Source: a virus
Direction: 5' to 3' (one strand)
Length of the DNA stretch: 45,659 bases
Virus record (IMG/VR): IMGVR_UViG_3300009285_000019
Location: 1 to 45,659 of that record
In this document: in pieces, positions 23,870-31,212 of the stretch
How positions within the stretch are numbered: position 1 is the first letter of the stretch
How the letters are laid out: every line of letters starts with the position of its first letter
Position numbers and translations under genes: made by a program
Notes under the pieces: model-generated
The model's database searches: none
Told to the model about the DNA's origin: nothing
Seen by the model: only the letters and a program-made list of their open reading frames with translations

Positions 23870-25480
23870 CTACACCGAGTGTGGCGTAGGTATTGTGTTG
23901 GTCTTAGCCACAGCGCTGGTAAACCAGCTGGGCGCTAGATACTTAAACTTATTCCAAAACCACCAGAAATCGTCGTCTATGACGAATACCTCCGACCAAT
24001 CGGCATCGGACCTGGTAGCTCTACCAGCCGATTGCACCAGCGTCTGCATCACTTGATGTGGGATCCACTCGTTATCCCTGTCGTTGCGGGCCTTTACCAA
24101 TGGGTCACGGGAATCTGGGAATGGCAGCTTCCCTATTATTACACACCTACACTCGTCATCCTTGAAATCATAACCAGATGATATTACTGGTGATACCAAG
24201 GCGGCCCCAGACTGTGGTGGTTGAGACCTGAACACTTGGATTGCTTGGGATGTTTGCCCACTACCGTGTTGAATCATGCGGTGACGCTCAGATGATGCAG
24301 CGAACAGGTTCCTCATGCGGCTATATGATGTAGTGTGGATAATAGACTTGCGGTCTGGCCTGGACCGCAGTATCTGGTCTATTCTGTTTACCCACATATC
24401 CCACCCCACATCACTCACCCGTCTGTTCATTGCTGTAGTTGGGATATACCACACCATGCGGTTGGATAACGGGTAAGCGGATGGGTACTCGTGGAAAGTG
24501 TATGAATCAGATGTTGGCTTTACACCGGCCAGGAACATTGACTTGCGGGTGAGGGTGGCGGACATGAACATCACTTTGCTTGTGCCGTCAAATAACACGC
24601 CGTCGGCGTACTTGGCGGGCCACACTGGGCTAAACTCCACCGCATCATTGGAATTTCTAGAACCATTATCCCCATCTGCACGTATTATCCAGTTGTCCGG
24701 GTCTGGTAAGCCGGCTAGCTTGGTGAGGTGCTCCATAGCCCGCTTCGCATCTAATGATACCTGCACAGCATAGCGGAGGTTAGCTACCTCCATGTCATTG
24801 GAGTAGGTACGTCCTTGCACCACAACATTAGGCAGGACGCTCACCGCCCAGGTCTTCCACCCCAATATTGTCTGAGGATTGGGTGAAGGCCACGGGATGC
24901 CTAGTGACCTGCAATCTTTGGTTGATACGGCGAAAATTAAGAATGATGTGATTACATCCGCCACCAAGTGTCCCTCATCACAAATCATAAGGTCAAAATG
25001 ACCCAACGGAGGTTCGGGTTGCGACAGTTGGGTCATATAATAGGCATAATTAGTTACTACTATCTCACCACCAGCGGCCCATTTCAACTGATCGTAATAC
25101 CTACACCCCCCCTGCTTCACAGGGCAAGCATACCCGATGTGGCACGGACCTTCGTTCACCATTAACCCACCCACCTCAAGGCATGGGTAATTCATCTGAC
25201 CACGCATATCGGTGACGTCAACCGTGTAGAAATCTCTAAGCACTTGGTCTTGTAGGGCTTTGGTGGCGGTGAGATAAACGGTCCTCATGCCTGAGAGTTT
25301 GGCCAATAAAATGGCGATGAGAGATTTGCCACCGCCGGTTGGTACGCATTCGCCAATAAATCTAGTGCGAACATCTAAAGCGTCTTGCACCGCTTGCCAT
25401 TGACTGGGATACCAAGTATCATACTTAGGCGGCATGCCGTAGGCATACGGTGGCAGCAGGGGAAGTACCGTAGTACTCAT
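23870..25480 (-). CDS. Superfamily-2 DNA helicase, XPD/Rad3/DinG-like, with a putative Fe-S cluster domain.
   Basis: Walker A PTGGGKS and DEAH-type box ICDEGH are present. Four cysteines lie between them (YPCLEV...GPCHIGYACPVKQGGCRYY). C-terminal motifs are HTTSYS, SSGYDFKDD and QSAGRATRS. Confidence 0.85.
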   Translation of the reverse strand: MSTTVLPLLPPYAYGMPPKYDTWYPSQWQAVQDALDVRTRFIGECVPTGGGKSLIAILLAKLSGMRTVYLTATKALQDQVLRDFYTVDVTDMRGQMNYPCLEVGGLMVNEGPCHIGYACPVKQGGCRYYDQLKWAAGGEIVVTNYAYYMTQLSQPEPPLGHFDLMICDEGHLVADVITSFLIFAVSTKDCRSLGIPWPSPNPQTILGWKTWAVSVLPNVVVQGRTYSNDMEVANLRYAVQVSLDAKRAMEHLTKLAGLPDPDNWIIRADGDNGSRNSNDAVEFSPVWPAKYADGVLFDGTSKVMFMSATLTRKSMFLAGVKPTSDSYTFHEYPSAYPLSNRMVWYIPTTAMNRRVSDVGWDMWVNRIDQILRSRPDRKSIIHTTSYSRMRNLFAASSERHRMIQHGSGQTSQAIQVFRSQPPQSGAALVSPVISSGYDFKDDECRCVIIGKLPFPDSRDPLVKARNDRDNEWIPHQVMQTLVQSAGRATRSDADWSEVFVIDDDFWWFWNKFKYLAPSWFTSAVAKTNTIPTPHSV

Positions 25481-25498
25481 TCCGCCTCCTTTGTTTAG

Positions 25499-26011
25499 TT
25501 ATAGTAAGTGGCTAAACCTGCGGTTGAACTCTAACAGGTACTTAGCCTTCCACTCGCCGTCAGGCATATCATCTATATGCTGCCCGATGCGCCTTAAGAA
25601 TGAACGTGCTCCGTTGGCGTCGCCTTCATTCATCCTAACCAACACCCGCTCTTGGGCCTTATTGAACATAACGACGAATTCGGCGGCGAACTCCTCATCT
25701 TGGATAATCTCCATCATGGCAGATAGTTGGTGACTCACTGATGGGGATGGAGATACGCCTTCTACCCACTTGAAGTGCCTTAATAATGCGTGGCGGACGA
25801 CCTCTGCCGGAAAGCGATAGGGTAGCCCACTATGTCTGACTATGACATCCAACTGCCTGAGCATTGCTGATGGGGCTTTAAACTGGAAGCGCTCGTTATG
25901 GCCCCTGTGGTCGGAAGCCGGGACCCTAAACTCTCGGTCTAGATCTCGCTCCTCCATGAAAGTTGATAGCGATACCCCAGAATCTGGATCTGGCAGCGGT
26001 GGCATCGTCAT
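25499..26011 (-). CDS. Hypothetical early protein (170 aa).
   Basis: ORF track, GGGGAG RBS, own promoter copy c. Confidence 0.6.
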   Translation of the reverse strand: MTMPPLPDPDSGVSLSTFMEERDLDREFRVPASDHRGHNERFQFKAPSAMLRQLDVIVRHSGLPYRFPAEVVRHALLRHFKWVEGVSPSPSVSHQLSAMMEIIQDEEFAAEFVVMFNKAQERVLVRMNEGDANGARSFLRRIGQHIDDMPDGEWKAKYLLEFNRRFSHLL

Positions 26012-26094
26012 CTTTTTATACTCCCCAACACGAGATCACCTTTTTATATTCCACCTGTTGAGACGCCGAGACCCGCAACGGCCCCCATACCACC

Positions 26095-26123
26095 ATTATA
26101 CCACACCTTTAACGGGCTGTCAA
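26095..26123 (-). promoter_or_regulatory. Early promoter copy c: TTGACA-N17-TGgTATAAT.
   Basis: The reverse complement reads ttgacagcccgttaaaggtgtggtataat. Confidence 0.7.
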
Positions 26124-26188
26124 TTGGTGGTTCTAGTTGAACGACAAAGTAAGATAAGTAATGTTTAACGCTGGTGGTTCGGCGGCTA

Positions 26189-26512
26189 TTATTGCCCTTG
26201 TTGCCCTTGTTGCCCTTGTTGCCCTTGGGCTAGGAATGCGGTGCGGTGCTGAATGATCCAGTACAGTTCCTCAATGGTGACGCCGAGGTACCGAGAGATG
26301 CGCATAGCAGCGGCCAACGACGGTGTGCGCTTCCCATTGAAGATCTTGGATGAGTGCGCTACAGTAATGCCCGCTTCCCTCCACATCCGGTAGCGGTTGA
26401 TGTGTACTTCTCTACCATCTGGCATAACTACTACCGTAGCGCCTGATGGGGCGGTGTATTCCTTATACAACACCCCAATTATCTGAGCTTGGACCGCAGT
26501 TAAAATAGTCAC
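26189..26512 (-). CDS. XRE-family helix-turn-helix transcriptional regulator (Cro/CI-like).
   Basis: HSSKIFNGKRTPSLAAAMRISRYLGVTIEELYWI is a typical HTH_3 segment. GAGGAG lies 7 nt before the GTG at 26512. The C-terminal (QGQ)n tail is encoded by a 9-mer repeat. Confidence 0.7.
   Translation of the reverse strand: MTILTAVQAQIIGVLYKEYTAPSGATVVVMPDGREVHINRYRMWREAGITVAHSSKIFNGKRTPSLAAAMRISRYLGVTIEELYWIIQHRTAFLAQGQQGQQGQQGQ
26192..26227. repeat. In-frame coding tandem repeat, 9-mer ttgcccttg, 4 copies.
   Basis: Read directly. It encodes QGQQGQQGQQGQ at the C-terminus of the XRE protein. Confidence 0.9.
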
Positions 26513-26534
26513 AAGATCGCTCCTCACTACAACC

Positions 26535-26564
26535 ATTTTACCACTAGTTTACTGGGCTTGTCAA
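26535..26564 (-). promoter_or_regulatory. Promoter copy d: TTGACA-N18-TAAAAT.
   Basis: The reverse complement reads ttgacaagcccagtaaactagtggtaaaat. It lies upstream of the XRE gene. Confidence 0.55.
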
Positions 26565-26606
26565 TAACTGTCGTTTAATGTTTGCCAGTACCAGGTTTAA
26601 TACACG

Positions 26607-26652
26607 GTTAGGCCGGATGGCGTTCCCTCCTTCAAGTGCCATCCGGCCTAAC
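26607..26652 (-). terminator. Perfect 15-bp stem (GTTAGGCCGGATGGC / GCCATCCGGCCTAAC) with a 16-nt loop, a terminator or operator-like hairpin.
   Basis: Arms read directly. It lies between the stop at 26670 and promoter copy d. There is no strong U-tract. Confidence 0.45.
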
Positions 26653-26669
26653 ACATAAGCCTAATGTAG

Positions 26670-27452
26670 TTAGGCCGCCACGGGACTGGGCTGTTGGGCT
26701 TCCTGGTGAGCAGCCCCGGTCATAGCCTGTGCCTGCTTCTTCTTGGCGCACATCGGCCCAACAGCATCCGGGCTTCCAGGGCCACCTGGAACTGCAGAAA
26801 CGCCGAGCTTTTCATTCTTCTCCACGCCTCCCCATATGGGGCAACCGCAGATCGTGCACTTGGGCAGGGTGGCGGCGTTCTGGCGGAAGGTTGCGTTCAG
26901 GTTTTCCAGCTTGGTATCGCCACGCTCAACCTGTTTGAGCAGGGATTTGAACTTGCTGTCGTGGCCAGGAACGAACCGTGTACCAGCGGGCGTAGGAACT
27001 CCGCATCCGTCATAGCACTTGCCCATTTCCTTTGGCGCATGGTGTGCTTCCACTGATGAACGGGCCGCCGCCTTGCTGGTGCCAGCCTTAGGTGTAGCCT
27101 TGGGTGTAGCCTTGGGCGTAGCCTTGGGCGCATGGGTCGTAACCATATCCATACCTCCTTTCTCTCCAATTTCCCGTGGCACTGGGACTAAAGCCTCCAA
27201 TGCCACAATAACCCCAACGTAATCGTTCGCTCGCTCCTGTAGCCGCCCAATCTCCTCAAGCGGTACGCCCGCCTCCACAGCGCCAGCGATTTGGTCTAGC
27301 AACGTGGCACGGGCGGCGAACGCCTCCTTAAGCTGGTCACCTATCCCATCGGCGCTCAGTTGAGTAGCTGCGTCGTTTGTAACCACCACGCTTGCTGTAG
27401 CCACTGTGTCCACCACGCCTGTCATGCCTGTCATGCCTATCATGCTTGTCAT
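26670..27452 (-). CDS. Possible internal-start isoform (260 aa) of the same frame.
   Basis: Promoter copy e plus AGGAGG lie inside the long ORF. ATG at 27452 is in frame (codon 200). Confidence 0.45.
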   Translation of the reverse strand: MTSMIGMTGMTGVVDTVATASVVVTNDAATQLSADGIGDQLKEAFAARATLLDQIAGAVEAGVPLEEIGRLQERANDYVGVIVALEALVPVPREIGEKGGMDMVTTHAPKATPKATPKATPKAGTSKAAARSSVEAHHAPKEMGKCYDGCGVPTPAGTRFVPGHDSKFKSLLKQVERGDTKLENLNATFRQNAATLPKCTICGCPIWGGVEKNEKLGVSAVPGGPGSPDAVGPMCAKKKQAQAMTGAAHQEAQQPSPVAA

Positions 27453-28049
27453 ATCCTTCTGCCTCCTGTTGCTCCTGTCTCCTCTACTTATTAGTATATC
27501 ACACCTTTCGCATGGTGTCAATATATGCGCTCGGCCCGCCGTCGCCTCCACTACATCTCCGCCCTTTCCATCTATCAGGTCTATCAACATCATTGGCGTC
27601 CACCTCACCGCATCCTCTGGACTGACTAGTTGGTGCTGCACCGTCTGGAATCCAAACTCGTAACTGGCCACCGCACCAGGGACTTCGCGCCTTGGACCGA
27701 ACGCTTTGAATGCCTCCGACGCCGATAATGCTGACAAATAGCTTCGGCGTACGGCCTTATCATAAATGCCGTCGGAGACGGCTAGCTTTGTGGCCCTATT
27801 AATATAAGGCCACAGGTCCGGCCAGCGCTTGTAGCTTTTGATGGCGCAGCCGACACACAAGCACACAAACTCACGCTCACCAGTAAGGAAGCCGCCAGCC
27901 GTATCCCACAACCCCGACCCCCAATGTATCCATACGGCTGGCACGAATCCACCCATATGGCCTACCCTATGAACGCTGTGGTCACACCCAACATGGTCGG
28001 TTAGACATTCAGGGCCTGCACCTATAGTGACATAGACTCGTAGTGACAT
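26670..28049 (-). CDS. Early protein (459 aa) with the C-terminal CxCGCG/GHD zinc-ribbon module (paralogue 1).
   Basis: ORF track. The start is coupled to the upstream gene by a TAATG overlap. The C-terminal module reads CYDGCGVPTPAGTRFVPGHDSKFKSLLKQVERG...CTICGCPIWGG. Confidence 0.65.
   Translation of the reverse strand: MSLRVYVTIGAGPECLTDHVGCDHSVHRVGHMGGFVPAVWIHWGSGLWDTAGGFLTGEREFVCLCVGCAIKSYKRWPDLWPYINRATKLAVSDGIYDKAVRRSYLSALSASEAFKAFGPRREVPGAVASYEFGFQTVQHQLVSPEDAVRWTPMMLIDLIDGKGGDVVEATAGRAHILTPCERCDILISRGDRSNRRQKDMTSMIGMTGMTGVVDTVATASVVVTNDAATQLSADGIGDQLKEAFAARATLLDQIAGAVEAGVPLEEIGRLQERANDYVGVIVALEALVPVPREIGEKGGMDMVTTHAPKATPKATPKATPKAGTSKAAARSSVEAHHAPKEMGKCYDGCGVPTPAGTRFVPGHDSKFKSLLKQVERGDTKLENLNATFRQNAATLPKCTICGCPIWGGVEKNEKLGVSAVPGGPGSPDAVGPMCAKKKQAQAMTGAAHQEAQQPSPVAA
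27092..27127. repeat. In-frame coding tandem repeat, 12-mer gtgtagccttgg, 3 copies.
   Basis: Read directly. It encodes KATPKATPKATPKA. Confidence 0.85.
27421..27452. repeat. In-frame coding tandem repeat, 9-mer gtcatgcct, about 3.5 copies.
   Basis: Read directly. It encodes MTSMIGMTGMTG, and every unit carries an ATG on the - strand. Confidence 0.8.
27493..27521 (-). promoter_or_regulatory. Early promoter copy e: TTGACA-N17-TGaTATACT, located inside ORF 26670..28049.
   Basis: The reverse complement reads ttgacaccatgcgaaaggtgtgatatact. It is followed by the leader GGAGACAGGAGCAACAGGAGG, which is shared with copies a and f. Confidence 0.6.
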
Positions 28050-28249
28050 TAGAATGTGGCCTCCTCGCCACGCCGACTCCTTGCTCCTTGGAATTGATCA
28101 AACGTAGTGTGGCTCGGTTCCAACATTACAAACGTGGGTTTATTTTCCATAAGGGGGTGGGAGATGGTAATGCATAGCTTCCCGTCTTCGCCCACAGCCA
28201 GCATCTCCACCAATACCACGAACTTATCACCTACCATCGGGTTTTTCAT
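28049..28249 (-). CDS. Hypothetical protein (66 aa).
   Basis: ORF track, AGGTGG RBS, 1-nt stop/start overlap with the next gene. Confidence 0.55.
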   Translation of the reverse strand: MKNPMVGDKFVVLVEMLAVGEDGKLCITISHPLMENKPTFVMLEPSHTTFDQFQGARSRRGEEATF

Positions 28250-28267
28250 CCATAACCACCTATTTTA

Positions 28268-28939
28268 CTAATTGTTGGCCTTGGCTATTCTTGCCTGATC
28301 CCTTGCCCTACACGTACACGTACCACTAGCGCACCACGCTCCCATCCAACCACCACTTACCCGGACCCCCCTAATGATCGGGTGACCGCAACACGTGCAT
28401 CTCGGCAATTGCGCTGCAGCCAACCGTAGGTGTTCAGGGATGCGCACATCAGTGATGAAGATCTCGCCACGCTCAACCTGTTTGAGCAGTGATAGCAATT
28501 TCGTGTCATGGCCGGAGATGAACATTCTGCGCTGCTTAATTATTTGGCCGCACCCACATAAACATCTTCCACCAGTCAACCCTAGCAGCTTATCCATGCC
28601 TAGTGCATATTTTGGTTGGGCAGTAGACAATATTGTTGGTTTAGCAATCCCACCAGCTAGAACCGGCAATGCAAGGTCGTAGTACATCTGCCTGATATAG
28701 TGTCTGTGGGACAACGCCATATCATGTTCCATCATACGGCGGAAGTAATCCCGCCTACTAATGGTCATGTTGCGTATATGGTGAGAGATGTGCATTAGGT
28801 TGAAAGCTATTTGGGCGGTGGCTGTTATTTCACCACTAGCCGTCAGTAGCATAATAGCTCGCCTGAACATTAAGCAGCCCTCACACGTACCAGCGTATTG
28901 TATCTGCACAAGTGTGTCGGTGTCGTGTATTAATGACAT
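28268..28939 (-). CDS. Early protein (223 aa) with the CxCGCG/GHD zinc-ribbon module (paralogue 2).
   Basis: The module reads CLCGCGQIIKQRRMFISGHDTKLLSLLKQVERG...CTCCGHPIIRG. GAAGGTGAG RBS. Confidence 0.65.
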   Translation of the reverse strand: MSLIHDTDTLVQIQYAGTCEGCLMFRRAIMLLTASGEITATAQIAFNLMHISHHIRNMTISRRDYFRRMMEHDMALSHRHYIRQMYYDLALPVLAGGIAKPTILSTAQPKYALGMDKLLGLTGGRCLCGCGQIIKQRRMFISGHDTKLLSLLKQVERGEIFITDVRIPEHLRLAAAQLPRCTCCGHPIIRGVRVSGGWMGAWCASGTCTCRARDQARIAKANN

Positions 28940-28955
28940 TAGAACTCACCTTCAC

Positions 28956-29444
28956 CTATGCCGGTTCAAACGATGATGCCGCCACGTACTCTTCCATCTC
29001 TACGTTGGTCTCTGCCCCACATTCCTCGCAACTGACTAGGGCGGTTATTATCACCCCATATTCATGGGTTGGGTAGCGGCCCTTACCAATGGTCCTGTCC
29101 GCTGCTTCCGCCGTAATAACATCCACCCCCAGCGGGTCGTTGTGGGGGTTGCCTTCTTGGTTCAAGGCACCGCAACTATCTAAGTGAGTGAGCACACCTT
29201 CATACTCTACAATCACTTCGGTAGTAGCAAGTTCGCAGCCGCATACCCCGCAGTTTAGCGCTATGGTCAATTCGCCACTAATGGAGAAGTTATACTCCAA
29301 CTCCCCGCCCTGCGTTATGTCACCCTGGTCAATGACCAAATCCGGCTCATCCACGTCCGCCATCTCCAGCGACACGAACTTGTTGCAGTCCGGGCACCTG
29401 TTGATCTGTGCCCCTCGTGGGGTTTTGTTGCGTTTGGCTATCAT
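28956..29444 (-). CDS. Zinc-ribbon-rich early protein (162 aa from the internal ATG).
   Basis: CPDCNKF, CGVCGCE and CEECGAE are present. ATG at 29444 is preceded by CACAGGAGCAACAGT. The track start at 29483 lies about 9 nt from the predicted transcription start. Confidence 0.6.
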   Translation of the reverse strand: MIAKRNKTPRGAQINRCPDCNKFVSLEMADVDEPDLVIDQGDITQGGELEYNFSISGELTIALNCGVCGCELATTEVIVEYEGVLTHLDSCGALNQEGNPHNDPLGVDVITAEAADRTIGKGRYPTHEYGVIITALVSCEECGAETNVEMEEYVAASSFEPA

Positions 29445-29498
29445 ACTGTTGCTCCTGTGATTCGTTGTGTATCGGTGGGGCATCTATCCAATACCACT

Positions 29499-29527
29499 AT
29501 TATATCACACCTTTAACGCTCTGTCAA
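29499..29527 (-). promoter_or_regulatory. Early promoter copy f: TTGACA-N17-TGaTATAAT.
   Basis: The reverse complement reads ttgacagagcgttaaaggtgtgatataat. The downstream block GGTATTGGATAGATGCC is shared with copy a (one mismatch immediately upstream of it). Confidence 0.7.
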
Positions 29528-29534
29528 TTACCTA

Positions 29535-29564
29535 TTGACGCCGAGGCACGGCTAGTGGTATAAT
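29535..29564 (+). promoter_or_regulatory. Divergent + strand promoter: TTGACG-N18-TGgTATAAT.
   Basis: Hexamers at 29535..29540 and 29559..29564. Its -35 lies 7 bp from the -35 of copy f, and together they form the inverted repeat TGTCAAT/ATTGACG. Confidence 0.6.
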
Positions 29565-29581
29565 GGAGATGTAGCAAAGTT

Positions 29582-30190
29582 GTGGTGAAGGGTACTAGCT
29601 TGGTTAGTTGGAATGATAATATACCTGGTGACCAGGAGTTCGCCGGAATCCCCATCTCTACGCCTGCCCCCAACGCCTTAGCCGATTCTACTGCCGTACT
29701 TCTGGGGATGCCTACATTCGTTGGCACCCCGTTATACTTATTCTCCGACGATGGTGACGTTGTGGTTGAACAGCGCCGTACCCAGGTGTATTCGCTCTGG
29801 ATAAGGGGCTTCCCTTTATACCAAATTTGCCGTGAACTTGGCCACGCCGCCCCAACGGTAAAACGTGATATAGAGGCCATCCAGCTATCACTTCAAACGA
29901 TCCGCAATATAGACGTTAGGCAAGCGTCCGATCGCAGCATAGCCCACTTACGAGAAATACAAATGATGTGCCATCAGATGGTGGCTAACCCAGCAAACGT
30001 CAAGCAGATATCTGCTTTACTTAACACCATCGTGCGATGTGAGGAGCAAGTCGCCCGAATTGAAGGTCTCATCATAGAGCGCTCTTTCCAGAAAACTGAT
30101 GCTACACACCATGTGAAACTTTATGATTTTAAAGATGCGTTGCCACCACCAGTTAAGCCCTTAGACGCCGCCGCCGGAGCCGATAGCTGA
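29582..30190 (+). CDS. HTH protein resembling sigma70 region 4 or a small terminase. It is the only + strand gene inside the early block.
   Basis: RRTQVYSLWIRGFPLYQICRELGHAAPTVKRDIEAI is HTH-like and is followed by predicted helical segments. The start codon is uncertain (GTG at 29582, or later). Confidence 0.4.
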   Translation: MVKGTSLVSWNDNIPGDQEFAGIPISTPAPNALADSTAVLLGMPTFVGTPLYLFSDDGDVVVEQRRTQVYSLWIRGFPLYQICRELGHAAPTVKRDIEAIQLSLQTIRNIDVRQASDRSIAHLREIQMMCHQMVANPANVKQISALLNTIVRCEEQVARIEGLIIERSFQKTDATHHVKLYDFKDALPPPVKPLDAAAGADS

Positions 30191-30223
30191 TAGCTGATAG
30201 CTGATAGCTGATAGCTGATAGCG
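30182..30223. repeat. Tandem repeat, 7-mer gatagct, 6 copies.
   Basis: Read directly. It contains the TGA stop of 29582..30190. Units give TGA and TAG in all three frames. Confidence 0.9.
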
Positions 30224-30226
30224 GCG

Positions 30227-30472
30227 TCATTTCTTAAAATACTCTAGGTGCATCCCCAACGTTGGCCTGATGGTGACTGTACTGCCACTTACAGTCACGC
30301 TGGTTTGAGGTTGGATAGACAAGGTAGCTATCGCCTCATCACTTCCCCTCTCAAAAATTAACGTTATGGTATTAACTTGGTTACCACTTCCAGGCGTTAT
30401 TTCTACCCGCACAAACTTAGATCCCTGCAGGGCAGTGGTTAGTTGTTTGGCTGCATCAAAGTCGGTCGTCAT
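30227..30472 (-). CDS. Hypothetical protein (81 aa).
   Basis: ORF track, AAAGGAG RBS. Confidence 0.6.
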   Translation of the reverse strand: MTTDFDAAKQLTTALQGSKFVRVEITPGSGNQVNTITLIFERGSDEAIATLSIQPQTSVTVSGSTVTIRPTLGMHLEYFKK

Positions 30473-30539
30473 GTGGCTCCTTTATCCTCTCATCCCTCTA
30501 CCTACATTAGTGGATGGGTTCGGTGTAAATGTAAAAACG

Positions 30540-30590
30540 CAAGTAAACGGGTGGGGCTGGTGTTGTGCCACCCATGCGAACACCAGCCCC
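30540..30590 (-). terminator. Rho-independent-type terminator: 12-bp stem GGGGCTGGTGTT/AACACCAGCCCC followed by a T-rich tract on the - strand.
   Basis: Arms at 30553..30564 and 30579..30590. The - strand then continues ACCCGTTTACTTGCGTTTTTAC. It lies downstream of the gene ending at 30615. Confidence 0.55.
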
Positions 30591-30614
30591 GCCCGTGTGG
30601 TCACCAGTATGCCA

Positions 30615-30845
30615 TTACGCCTCTTTCCCTACTTTGCCGTAGTCGCCCATGATGGTGATCCACACAACCGAGGGCGTTACTACCACTTCGCCCACCTGCT
30701 TGTCCACAGCGGTCTTCTTGATGTAAAGAGTGCCGATGACCTCCTTACCCTCCGGCGCAACCTCCTTATACCTGTGGGTGTTCTTGGTGGACCGCTCCCA
30801 CACGAACTTCACTTCGCCAATAGGCGTATTCTTGACGGTGGTCAT
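30615..30845 (-). CDS. Hypothetical small protein (76 aa).
   Basis: ATG at 30845 is preceded by AAGGGAGGAAGGAG. The track start at 30935 lies inside promoter copy g. Confidence 0.6.
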   Translation of the reverse strand: MTTVKNTPIGEVKFVWERSTKNTHRYKEVAPEGKEVIGTLYIKKTAVDKQVGEVVVTPSVVWITIMGDYGKVGKEA

Positions 30846-30906
30846 TATAGTTACTCCTTCCTCCCTTATACTCGTTGAATTGTTGGCCCATATCCCCCAC
30901 ATCACA

Positions 30907-30935
30907 ATTGTACCACAAGTTTGGCGGCCTGTCAA
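30907..30935 (-). promoter_or_regulatory. Early promoter copy g: TTGACA-N17-TGgTACAAT.
   Basis: The reverse complement reads ttgacaggccgccaaacttgtggtacaat. Confidence 0.65.
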
Positions 30936-30964
30936 TACGCCATCTAATCTGAACGTTGGTCTCT

Positions 30965-31041
30965 GGTCTAAGGTCTAAGGTCTAAGGTCTAAGGTCTAAG
31001 GTCTAAGGTCTAAGGTCTAAGGTCTAAGGTCTAAGGTCTAA
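30965..31041. repeat. Tandem repeat, 7-mer ggtctaa, 11 copies.
   Basis: Read directly. It begins 30 bp upstream of the -35 of promoter copy g. Confidence 0.95.
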
Positions 31042-31162
31042 GGTCCTGCGTCTCTGGTCTCTGGTTGCTGGTTTCCTGTCCGTGTCTCAACGTCTGCTCC
31101 GAATCTGCGGACGGAAAAAAGAGAAAGACGGGCTTGGTAAGCAATAGACCACCAGACAAGTT

Positions 31163-31212
31163 GGTGGAATGGGGTGGAATGGGATGGACAACCCATTCCA
31201 CCCCATTCCACC
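31163..31212. repeat. Perfect 21-bp inverted repeat (GGTGGAATGGGGTGGAATGGG ... CCCATTCCACCCCATTCCACC) with an 8-nt loop.
   Basis: Arms read directly. Each arm is itself an imperfect direct repeat of ggtggaatgg (second copy ggtggaatggg). It lies in a non-coding stretch of about 335 bp (30936..31271). Confidence 0.9.

Noticed and set aside
1141-31041. Possible CRISPR arrays, considered because of the many short direct repeats.
   Set aside because: All arrays are head-to-tail tandem repeats of 7-16 bp with no unique spacers, and no cas genes are present.
31163-31212. The 21-bp perfect hairpin as a standard rho-independent terminator.
   Set aside because: No T/U-tract follows the stem on either strand, so it is kept only as an unexplained structural element.
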